Counted from the first letter of the stretch, positions 9,560-19,289 are shown. The stretch: DNA of 20,000 nucleotides from Chiloscyllium plagiosum (GCF_004010195.1 NC_057718.1:23521439-23541438), one strand, 5' to 3'. Program-made: numbers and translations. Notes: a model not told the origin generated them from the letters alone.

Positions 9560-10132
9560 AATCATCCTGTCTTTTCCTCAGATGGATGTAAAAGATTCAT
9601 AGAATCCCTTGATGAATCACTGATTCATCAAAGGATTCATCCCTTGATGAATCAGTGAGGAAGCAGGTCATTTGGCCCAACAACTCCACACCAAAGAACA
9701 CCCCACCCAGATCCACCCCAACCCCGCTTTCCCATGGCAAATCCACCTAACCTGCACATCTTTGAACTGTGGGAGGAAACCCACACAGACACAGAGAGAA
9801 TGTGTAGACTCCACACAGTTACCCAAAGGTGGAATCGAGCCCAGGTCCCTGACACTGTAAGGCAGCAGTGCTAACCATTGGAGCCACCATGCCACCCAGT
9901 AGAAGAGGAACCTCCCAACAATTTGCCAAAATTCTTGGCTCAACCAGTAGTACACAAAAGAAAAATTCTGATCCCTTTTTAAGTTGCTGTTGGAATTTCT
10001 CTGCCAAATGGCTGTCACATTCACATCCATTCACAAACAGGAACTCATCATCAGCAGCAGTTCAGTGAACGTGGAGTGCTTTGGTATCTGACAAGGATGT
10101 GAAAAATTGATATATAAATGCCAATTTTCTTT
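9560..10132 (+). mobile_element. Deu-domain SINE 3' part interrupted by an HE1 SINE
   Basis: cctgtcttttcctcagatggatgtaaaagat | ...ctcaacca...gttgctgttggaat...caaatggctgtcacattc...gtgaaaaattgatatataaatgccaattttcttt. Confidence 0.6.
9597..9897 (-). mobile_element. HE1-type V-SINE
   Basis: Reverse complement: ggtggcatggtggctccaatggttagcactgctgccttacag (A box) ...gggctcgattcc (B box) ...tgtgtgggtttcctcccacagttcaaagatgtgcaggttaggtggatt (V-domain), then a CR1-like tail. Confidence 0.92.
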
Positions 10133-10190
10133 TATTTTACCGACATCTCTTGCCATTACCAAGCACATCCAGGTAAAGAATAATCTTTTT

Positions 10191-10517
10191 TTAGATTAGA
10201 TTACTTACAGTGTGGAAACAGGCCCTTCGGCCCAACAAGTCCACACCAACCCTCCAAAGAGCAACCTACCCAGACCCATTCTCCTTCACCTAACACTACA
10301 GGTAATTTAGCATGGCCAATTCACCTATCCTGCGCATCTTTGGACTGTGGGAGGAAACCGGAGCACCCGGAGGAAACCCACGTGGACACGGGGAGAATGT
10401 GCAAACTCCACACAGACAGTTGCCCGAGACAGGCATTGAACCTGGGTCTCTGGCGCTGTGAGGCAGCAGTGCTAACCACTGTGCCACCATGCCGCCCCCT
10501 GTGCCACTGTGCCGCAC
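10191..10517 (-). mobile_element. HE1-type V-SINE, near full length, with duplicated 5' end
   Basis: ggcggcatggtggcacagtggttagcactgctgcctcacagcgccagagacccaggttcaatgcc...gggtttcctccgggtgctccggtttcctcccacagtccaaagatg..., with tail cctgtttccacactgtaagtaatctaatctaa. Confidence 0.95.
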
Positions 10518-10562
10518 TGCAGGAATTAACGGAAATGTCCTCAGTTGTTGCTCTGACGTCCG

Positions 10563-10772
10563 AACATCGTGTTCACTAATGTCTTTTCGGGAAAGAAATC
10601 TGCCACATTTACTCAATTTGGCCTACAGCTGACCCCAGGCCCTCAGTAATGTCTTTGACTTTTAACTGAAGTCTGAAATGGTTCCAACAGGCCACTGGAT
10701 TCAAAGGCAATCATTGATGGGCAACACATGCCAATCCCGCCAGGGATGCCCACATCTAGGATACGAATAATT
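10563..10772 (+). mobile_element. 3' half of a shark SINE carrying the L2/CR1-group LINE tail
   Basis: gttcactaatgtcttttcgggaaagaaatctgcc...gacttttaactgaagtctgaaatgg...gatgggcaacacatgc...gccagggatgcccacatc. The tail is shared with the end of 4760-5436. Confidence 0.7.
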
Positions 10773-11064
10773 ATGAAAAGCTACTCAGGTGGGCGTCAGA
10801 GGAAGGTAGTGTGGCCAAAGAAGAGAGCTGTTCAGCTGCAGTGAGATTTTGCTGGATGGATATGATAAGTGGTGGTTGTGGGAAAGGAGGGGTGGTGGAG
10901 GGTGTGGCAGGGACAGAATGCAAGGAAAAGGAAGAGAGTAATGTTCCATGCGAGATCTGGTTAAGTACTTCAGAACCCAGAAAGGAGTATTGAGGACTTA
11001 CTTGGAAGATTTACACTGTCTGCAGCCACCCAGCTGATTCTATTGCTAGATCTGTTTGCTGTGG

Positions 11065-11175
11065 TCTGCAGTTCAATTTGGTCATGGCTGATCTTGTCTT
11101 CAATTCCACTTTAACACCTCCTCCACTTGGCTCCCCGATTTTGCAGCATTGTAAATTCCACATCTTGTATACTTT
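11065..11175 (-). mobile_element. Old CR1 3'UTR fragment
   Basis: ttcaatttggtcatggctgatcttgtcttcaattccacttt resembles the reverse complement of CR1 3'UTRs. Confidence 0.45.
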
Positions 11176-12417
11176 CCTATCTTGTCTCTACTGCCTGTGC
11201 AGAAAATATTTGCACACAATACACATAGGCATAAAATAGTCATTTCACTTTGATGTCTGCTTTGAGATGAAATGCATTATGATAAATAATCATAAACATT
11301 TGTTTCCGAGTGTTTTGGAGGGTTAAGATAGCAGCAGAGAAACGATCTCTCTATTCATGGGAAGAGGTGGAAAACAGCTAACCAGTGGTTGGATATCATT
11401 GCTAGAAATTGTCCAGCAAATTCCCAAATTCTTCAACTTCAAGTGGAATAAAAATGGCACATGACCACAATAATCATAAGCATTTACTTTTTACATAATT
11501 GACATTAACATTGTCCCTTTCTATGTTTGATTTGGTTTTACATCAGTTTTCTGGAGATCTGTAAGGATAAAATGTTGAGCAACTTTTATTATCACTATAT
11601 ATATATATAGCGTATGGAAAAAAATCAAGCATCCATATTTTAGGAAAGGTTCCATAACATGTGGGGTAAATTAACTTGGGACATTGCTCTGGCAAAGCTG
11701 ATAACCAATCTGACCTGAACTTTGTCTCATTGTGGATTGAAAATCAGGTGGGTTCCACACCAGGCTGCCAATTTGACCCATCAATTTATCTCTCTCAGGG
11801 TGTGAAGTTGAACATGATCCTGACTGTGTCATGTCAGTGCACCCTATACTGGCTTCAAGCTGTTTAACACAAATTGCTAATAAGACATGAACAGACATGC
11901 AAAGACTTCAAAGTTCCCCTGTTGGCATTGATCGTATTTATCCAGCGGCATGCAAGTCATATTACTGTTTATCCGTCTTGTCACTCAAAAAGAAATAACA
12001 GGAGAGAAACGTCTTTATTCTTTTTGATTTAACAACTTCCTTTCGTTCTCTGCACCATGTTGCCTCACAGAACTGTCAAGGTTTTGTACAGAAGGTTGAA
12101 TCTGAAGCTTGGTTGCTTTGCTTAAACAATGAGGTTTAGCTGTGCAGTTCCAGTCCAATCATTTCCATCAGGTTCATCAAATGCATTGACCCACTTGACT
12201 GAACCCATAGTCACAAACATGCACTTATGATATTCCAAATATTTAAAGATAATCCACGAAAAATAAGCATTTGCATCAAGTCTTTTGAATTGAGAATTAC
12301 GTTAAAAGCCATTGGACTAGGAGATAAATGTTTTCAACTAAGGTTGAACCATAATAGACATCTGTCACCATGCATGTTTACTGAAAGCTTATCAGACTCT
12401 TATCTGTAGAGCTAGTT

Positions 12418-13320
12418 ATGACTCACTCATACTTAGTTCCTCCAGTCCCATGCAGTTCAATGTCCATCACAACCACTTTCGCTCTTCCAGATTGTGTCCT
12501 GCTCTTGAAGGTTGTCTTTTTCCATCTCTATTCTGCTGCCACTATTCTGGGGCTAGGTCCAGGAGCCAAATACATCACCACCCGGTCTCAGCCATCTCTC
12601 TGTCATGGTGTCCTGGAGGCACCTCAGAACAGGGAGAAAGTGAGGACTGCAGATGCTGGAGTGCCAGAGTTGAAAAATGTGGTGCTGGAAAAACACAGCA
12701 GGCCAGGCAGCATCCGTGGAGCAGGAGAATCGACATTTCGGGCATATGCCCTTTAGAACAGTCCTCTATTGTACCTCTTCATGTGTGATGTTGTCTCTCT
12801 AAGCGATGCCCAACATCTTATGTAGACAACACTGGTGGAAGATATTCAACGTATGTTTTAAATTTGCTGCTTTCTTTCATGTTTCCCTGGAATAGATTGT
12901 GGTTGATACTACTATGAATTTGCTTCATCATCATGTTGCAAACCTATACCATGTGTTCTCGCTTGAGGACTGATCTCCCTTTGCCAATTTTTATGCGAAT
13001 GTTGTTCTGTCTACATCACCTTCTTTGGAGTTGTTACTTCATAGATGGGGAAGGTGGTTGATGTTGTTTCTTGATGGCGGTGGGTGTGTCTTTTTGCTAT
13101 CCAGTCACCATTGCATTGATCTTCTCAATAGCTTGATCAATGGGCCAACCTTGGCTAAACAGTTCTCAAGAAAGAATGTCATGTCTTGGAGCACATCTGA
13201 TTTCTCAGCCAACAAGGTGATGTTGCCTGCAAATTCCAGGATTGTCAGACTGCTGAAGTCTGCACCCACTATGGCCCTCTTCATAATGAAATCAATAACC
13301 ACAGGGAAGTAGGTAGTGTT
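12418..13320 (-). mobile_element. RTE-clade LINE, 5'-truncated and decayed (RT C-terminal half plus 3' tail), interrupted by a PLE fragment
   Basis: Minus-strand translation: VIDFIMKRA...LTILEFAGNITLLAE...LQDMT...AKVG (decayed DFADDIALL), then HLPHL*SNNSKEGDVD..NIRIKIGKG, IVVSTTIYSRET*K, NIFHQCCLHKMLGIA*RDNITHEEV, LQDTMTERWLR. Tail ggaggaactaagtatgagtgagt. Confidence 0.85.
12633..12754 (-). mobile_element. PLE-end fragment truncated inside the HHR motif, 7-bp TSD
   Basis: agaacag at 12626-12632 and 12755-12761. The minus strand starts aaagggcatatgcccgaaatgtcgattctcc and ends ctgcagtcctcactttctcc. Confidence 0.85.
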
Positions 13321-13472
13321 GTCCACTAGAAAGATCAATAATGGCTATTCCTCCATAGAAGTCACCATAGCTGCTGAATTTGACTTTAGGGTCAACCCAT
13401 TCATTTTAAAAAGAAACACATCTAGAAATAAAAATCCCAGAAGTATAGTTTATCCGAAACAACTTTTAATCT

Positions 13473-13668
13473 TTGTCTATGCATTTTTAGTTAATACTTT
13501 TCTCACTTTTACTTGAATAACTGCAGCAATACTTTTATGCAATAAACTAATCTTTATAATTTTTATGTTTTTTTATGTGAATATTGCTAGCATTTATTAC
13601 CTATCCATAATTGCCTTTGAAAAGATGATGATGAGCTGTCACTTGAACTGCTGCATGTGGGGAAGGCA
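13473..13668 (+). repeat. 196-bp direct repeat, copy 1 (probable donor)
   Basis: Matches 15020-15215 with 5 substitutions and no indels. Spans unique AT-rich DNA plus the 3' end of the minus-strand LINE. Confidence 0.95.
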
Positions 13669-14785
13669 GTTCCAGGATTGTGACCCAGCAATAGTGAAAG
13701 AATGGTGTTCCAACTTGGAAGAAAACTTGCAAATGGTAATGTTTGCATGTCTTTATTCTGCAATGTGGTCAAGGTTGTGGGGTTTTAAGGTACTGTTTAA
13801 GAAGCCTTGGTATGTTGCTGCAATTTATATTATAGACATTGTTTCCAAAGGAGTGAAAGGTGTGAATGTTAAAAATAATGAGCAGGGTACCAGTCAAGTG
13901 GACTGCTTTATCCTGCATGGTATCAAGCTTCTTAAGTGTTGTTGGAGCTCCAGACAAGTGGAAAGTCTTCCATTATATTCCTCTGTCATATATTGTCCTT
14001 TGATTTGTAGGTAGTAGATAGACTTTTGGGGGTCAGGAGGTGAATTATTTGTCACAGTTCCAAGCCACTGATGAGCTCTTGCAGTCATCATATTTACATG
14101 GCTGGTCCAGTTCAGTTTCTGGTCAATGTTAAATCCTAGGCTGATGATGGTAGGGATTCTGCAATGGTCATGCCATTGAATATCAAGGGGCAGTGGTTAG
14201 ATTCTTATTTGTTGGAGGTGGTCATTGCCTGATACTTGGTGTGAATGTCACTTGCCAATTATTAGCTCAAGCCTGAATGGCATCCAGATCTTGCTGCATA
14301 TGAACACAGACTGCTTCAGGATCTGTGGAGTGACAAGTATTGCGTAACGTTCTGCAATCACCAGAGAGCATACCCACTTTTGACCTTACAATGACGGGAA
14401 GGTCATTGGCAAAGCAGCTGAAGACAGTTAGACCATTGACATACCCTGAATAACTTCTGCAGTGACGTCCTGGGATTGAGATAACTGGCTTTGATGAACT
14501 AGAATGACTTTCCCTTGTGTTAATCTTGAATCCAACTAGTGGAAAGTTTGCCTCAGTTCCCATTGACTCCAGTTTTGCTTGGGTTCCTTGATGCCAGACT
14601 CAGTCAAATCAAGGCATTCGCTCTTACCTCACTTTTTAAATTCAGTTTTAATGGGATCAGGAGCTAAGTGGCCCTTACAGAACCCAAACTGCACATTAGA
14701 GATCAGGTTTTTGTTGAGTCAGTAATGCGTGATAACATGATAAATAATGCCTATCTGTCACTTAGTTATTGAGGGTAGACTGATT
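13575..14785 (-). mobile_element. L2/CR1-group LINE, RT domain to 3' end, decayed
   Basis: ORF-track peptides GYVNGLTVFSCFANDLPVIVRSKVGMLSGDC (decayed GSVLGP..F.NDL...FADD) and MSGAPTTLKKLDTMQDKAVHLTG. 3' tail near 13580-13620. Confidence 0.88.
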
Positions 14786-14959
14786 GAAAATTTAAAATTA
14801 AACTTAAAATTCATTGACAATTGAAAATTTAAAGGAGGTAGCTATGAGGTTGTACAAATGTTTAGTTCACAGACCAGTCTGAAGACAGACCCAGTGTGTG
14901 GCTTTAACACTACTTAGAATCAAATTAGAATGCTCTCAGTTTGCATCAGCTTTTGTTTT

Positions 14960-15300
14960 CACAGGATTAGATGGCACAGAAAACAATTCAGTTCATTGTT
15001 CTTGTATTGACCTTTGGAATTGTCTATGCATTTTTAGTTAATACTTTTCTCACTTTTACTTGAATAACTGCAGCAATTCTTTTATGCAATAAACTAATCT
15101 TTATAATTTTTATGTTTTTTAATGTGAACATTGCTAGCATTTATTACCTCTCCATAATTGCCTTTGAGAAGATGATGATGAGCTGTCACTTGAACTGCTG
15201 CATGTGGGGAAGGCATTGCCCAATTATTTCCACTCCTTCGTTCTTTCCCCACTGCCCTGCATTAATTTTTGTTTTCAAAGTATACCTTTGAAATTCCTTT
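14960..15300 (-). mobile_element. Old CR1 3'UTR fragment split by the 196-bp duplicated segment
   Basis: atggcacagaaaacaattcagttcattgttcttgtattgacctttggaa | ttgcccaattatttccactccttcgttctttccccactgccctgca...ttttcaaagtatacc. Confidence 0.55.
15020..15215 (+). repeat. 196-bp direct repeat, copy 2 (probable inserted copy)
   Basis: 191/196 identical to 13473-13668. Confidence 0.95.
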
Positions 15301-16000
15301 AATATTTTCAAACTTAACTTTTCCTAGACTGTACAATGACAACTTACATAATGTGACAATCAAGGAATGTCAAGTTCTTGCTCCTGAAGAACATTTTTTT
15401 GTGTGTTGTGACTGAGAGAGAGATTCCTAAAACATAAACAGGTCATGGACCATTGCTTCTTAATGTAATGCAAGCTCTGCTTTCTCATTACATTTTTAAA
15501 ATTGCCTTTAATAACTTTGCTTGCCGAGTGAATATCTTTCTACCTTTTAGCTATCTCAATTGACTTTGTATCTATATACATCTGGGCAGGGCATTATCAG
15601 AACACTTTCTGTGATTTTATTTTCTGGGTTCACGTTTGACTGGTTTAGCTCAAAAGCTTTGTTGTAGATTTTGTTTGTCTTTGTTTGTGCCTTCTCCTGC
15701 TATTTTCCTTCATTATTTTAGGACCGTTGATGAATTCACTTCCTGACCTCGACACTTGTGAGGAATATCCAAATGTATGTATCTACTCTCATACAACTCA
15801 CTGCCCTCACATCAGGTAATATCTTGCAATCATTAATGCAAGTGTTGGGAAGATCTTTGAAGCCTGAGAAAGTGATTGATTCAAACACAGGCAACTTTCT
15901 TTCATGTGATCTGAAAAGAATTGCCCCAAATGACTGTGAGTCTAGATTAGAGTGGTACCGGAAAAGCACAGCAGGTCAAACAGCATCCGAGGAGCAGGAA

Positions 16001-16036
16001 AATCGACGTTTCGGGCAAAAGCCCTTCATCAGGAAT
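16001..16036 (-). ncRNA. Minimal type I hammerhead ribozyme motif, core intact
   Basis: Minus strand reads AUUC-CUGAUGA-A-GGGC-UUUU-GCCC-GAAAC-GUC-GAUU: core boxes CUGANGA and GAAA, 4-bp helix II, palindromic ACGU helix III, GUC cleavage triplet, weak helix I. Confidence 0.75.
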
Positions 16037-16039
16037 AAA

Positions 16040-16073
16040 CTCTGTTGAAGGGCTTTTGCCCGAAACGTCAATT
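16040..16073 (+). ncRNA. Minimal hammerhead motif with a core mutation (CUGUUGA)
   Basis: ct-ctgttga-a-gggc-tttt-gccc-gaaac-gtc-aatt. Conserved A6 is replaced by U, so it is likely inactive. Confidence 0.6.
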
Positions 16074-16221
16074 TTCTTGCTCCTCGGATGCTGCCTGACT
16101 TGCTGTGCTTTTCCAGCACGACTCTGATCTAGACTCTGGTTTCCAGCATCTGCAGTCCTTGCTTTTACCCAAATAATTGTGAGCCCTCTGACAGATATTG
16201 TTCAGAGTTCTTGCTCTTGAG

Positions 16222-16411
16222 CTTTATAGAAGTTTATAAAATCACGAGGAGCATGGATAGAGTGAATAGTCAAGGTCTTTTCCCCAGGGTAGGGGAGTCT
16301 GAAATTAGAGGGCATACATTTATGGTGAGAGAGGAAAGACTTAAAAGCAATCTAAGGGGTACCTTTACACGCAGAGGGTGGTGCATGTCTGGAATGAGCT
16401 GCCAGAGGAAG
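16222..16411 (+). mobile_element. CR1 ORF2 C-terminal fragment
   Basis: IEVYKITRSMDRVNSQGLFPRVGESEIRGHTFMVREERLKSNLRG...tggaatgagctgccagaggaag. Confidence 0.9.
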
Positions 16412-16619
16412 ACTATCTCTTTGAAACCAAAAAGACATGATCAATTAAATCAGATTGCATTCTGATATCCGATTCCTCCAGTAATCACATCAGCTGGGAT
16501 CACAACAAATTTTATTCTTCTCAAAATAAAGCTCAGTGCTTGTTTTTACTAAAATGTAAATTAGTTTGTGAAGCTGTCTTACTGCTTTGAGCAGGACATT
16601 GTGCAATCATTTGTAAACA

Positions 16620-17765
16620 GCCGTCCTTCTACCTTACGATGGATGGAACGTCATTCATGAAGCAGCTGAAGATGGTTGGGCCTAGGATACTACCCTGAGG
16701 AACTCCTGCAGAGATGCTTTGGAGCTGAGATGACTGAGTTCATCTCAAGGTCATCTTCCTATGTGCAGTCTTTAAATTTTGTGTCTTTGTAGATGAGGAG
16801 AGTTTCTTCCCTTATTCTCAGTGACTCCAGTTTTGCTAGGGCTCCTCAAAGCCCCACTCAGTTAAATACAACCTGATGTCAAAAGATGCTTTCGTCACCT
16901 CTGGAATTCATCCCTTTTGTCCATGTTTAAATCAAGGCTATAAAGAGGTCTGGAGCTTTTTAACAGCCCTGACAGAATTTAAGCTGAACATTGGTGAGCA
17001 TGTTATTGCTAAGCAAAGGCTGCTTGATAGCTCTGTTGATGACAGTTTCAATCACTCTACTAATGTTCAAAAGTAGACTGATAGAACAGTATGATTTGTC
17101 CTGATTTTCATGTACACATCATATCTGGACATCTTGTGCCCAGTCTTGAATTGCTAGTTCTGTTTAAAGTCTATCTCATTTAGTATGGGGGTGGTAATGC
17201 CACACAGCACAATGGAGAGTCTCCTCAATGTGAAGATGAGACTTTGTCTCCACAAGGACAGTGCAATAGTCACTCTTACTGGCATTGTCATGGACAGATC
17301 CATCTGTAACAGTCAGATTGGTGAGGATGGTGTCAAGTATGTTTTTTTCTCTCTTGTTGGCTCCCTTATCATCTGCTGCAAACCTAAATAACAGGTATTT
17401 CCCTTAGGATTCAACCAGTTGAGTCAGTAGTGGTGTTGATATACATTGAAGTCACCCACCCAGGTACATTCTGCATCTTTGCCACTTGTAGTTCTTTCTC
17501 CAACATGGTGTTCGGTTTGCTGGGGGGCGCTGGGGGGGTGGGGGTGGCAATCAGCAGATTTCCTTGCTCACTTCTTGAGTCACAGACAATGTTAACATCT
17601 CCCAAGACGGTTCCATCCTAACTGTATATCACTGTATCACCACATCTGCTGGGTTTGTTCTACTGGCAGGATGGGGCATGCACAAAGAAGGTGATGGTGT
17701 TTTCTGGAACAATGCGTGCAAAATATGATTCCTTGAGTATGACTATGTCAGGCTGTTGCTTGACT
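16620..17765 (-). mobile_element. L2/CR1-group LINE internal fragment (APE endonuclease plus RT), with deletions
   Basis: Minus 16715-16632 gives ISAGVPQGSILGPTIFSCFMNDVPSIVR (RT). 17411-17605 gives QGNLLIAT..PP...LEKELQVAKMQNV followed by gggtgacttcaatgta (GDFNV; endonuclease). Confidence 0.88.
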
Positions 17766-17841
17766 ATTTGCAGATCATGGTGCTAAAAGTGGAAAATTAA
17801 ATCTTAATGTACCTTCTAAAGAATACTGAAAATATATCAAG

Positions 17842-18106
17842 GTCATAGAGTCATACAGCATGGAAACAGACCCTTCGGTCCAACCAGTCCATGCAAACGT
17901 TCATGTTCCCAAACTAAACTAGTCCCACTTGCAGGTATTTAGTCCTCCAAACCCTTCCTATTCATGTATTTATGCAAATGTTGTTTAAACATTATAACTG
18001 TACCTGCATCCACCACTTCCTCTGGCAGTTCACTCCACACACAAACCGCTCTCAGTGGAAGGAAGTTGCCCCTCACGTCCTTTTTAAAACTTTCGTCTCT
18101 CACTTT
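17842..18106 (-). mobile_element. CR1 (HER1-like) 3' end
   Basis: KVRDESFKKDVRGNFLPLRAVCVWSELPEEVVDAGTVIMFKQHLHKYMNRKGLED, with tail gtttccatgctgtatgactctatgac. Confidence 0.92.
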
Positions 18107-18199
18107 GACCGGGCTGGAGTCTGTAATATTTGTTGCAATGCCAATCTCTTCACAGCTCTTCACAGCATTGCAGGAGTTACTCAGTTTCAAAGAAAGACA

Positions 18200-18614
18200 G
18201 ATTTGCATTTATGTTGTGACCTTCACAATGACATCGCAAAGCACTTTACACTGAAGAAGTATATTTGCAGTTAATCAATGTAGTAATGTAGGAAACATGA
18301 CAACCAACATACAACAAATTCCGAGACACAGCAATGATCAGATCATTTTAATTTTTGCAATGTTGACTGAGATAAATATTTACCAGGACACAGGGGATAA
18401 CTCTCATTCTGTTCTTTCAAATACTGACATTTTTTAAAATATATATCCATTTTGGCAGACAGGTAAGGCCTCAACATCTCAAATGAAAAACCAACCTCTG
18501 ACAGAACCATGTCCCTCAGTAAAGTGTTAGCCTTGATGTATCTTTTGCACGAGCCCTGGAGTGAAACACAAAGCCAGAGGGTTGTGACACAGAGAGGACA
18601 GTGCTGAGCCATTG
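18200..18614 (-). mobile_element. Deu-domain SINE (AmnSINE1/SacSINE1-like), near full length, old
   Basis: caaagcactttaca...gtaatgtaggaaacatgacaaccaa...cagcaatgatcagatc...gataaatatttaccaggacacaggggataactc...acctctgacag...tccctcagta. Confidence 0.75.
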
Positions 18615-19289
18615 TCTATACTTTCATTGATGCCGAAGTGTGTCTTTAGGTTGTGAAAGGTACTATATGAATGTAGTCCATATTTTAACGGTGTTTCTCA
18701 GCTATTACTTGTGAGGAACAGTCTCAATAGTTGCAATTTTTATCTACTTTCTGTAATGGAATGACCAGGCATTTGAAAATGTCCACCTCCCAATCAATTT
18801 GTGAACTTTGTTCACCCAAAGAATGATATTTCTGCTCCAATTAGACTGTTGATATTTCGATGTATCTTTGTGAGCAATGCGACAGACATCTTCAAGACTG
18901 CCAGAAGGCCCAAAAGTCTGATGGCCAATGAGTGCAAGCCTATGTTTTTCATTGTTCTTTGGTCAAAGATTTGGAATGTTTGTTTCAATTGCAGCATGAA
19001 TGCATCTGAAGTTTCAATACTGTTCTGCGTTTGTGTAACGCTGTGATGGTCACGAGTGCTAATGGACAAATTTTAATATATTATCAGAAGAATTACCACA
19101 GATTGATTGTGATCTGTCATTGAGGAAGACCCAGTGGCAAAAGCTGGTGCCTGAGGATTGGCGACTTCCTCATTGGTTGGGTCTGGTGTAGACAGTGGCA
19201 AAGGGGCAGAGGAGGGATAGCAGTGCAGGCGTCACTGATGGTGATAAGCTGGCTCAGGATGCATGAACTCTTTTTAAGCTACACCCTTT

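Larger units (their letters stand above)
15938..16167. mobile_element. PLE-derived fold-back element with two head-to-head HHR motifs
   Basis: 95-bp inverted arms at 15938-16032 and 16042-16136 with a 9-nt spacer. TSD-like cccaaatgactgtgag (15925-15940) and cccaaataattgtgag (16168-16183), 14/16 identical. Confidence 0.88.

Noticed and set aside
10420..10499. tRNA gene
   Set aside because: The A/B boxes belong to the tRNA-derived head of an HE1 SINE; there is no full cloverleaf.
13565..14014. 149-aa plus-strand ORF
   Set aside because: Antisense to a decayed LINE, with no recognisable domain.
13474..15215. LTR retroelement or TRIM: the direct repeats can be read as TG...CA flanking 1.35 kb
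   Set aside because: No TSD (atctt vs ttgcc), no primer-binding site and no polypurine tract. The first repeat continues seamlessly into a minus-strand LINE, so the TG/CA ends look coincidental.
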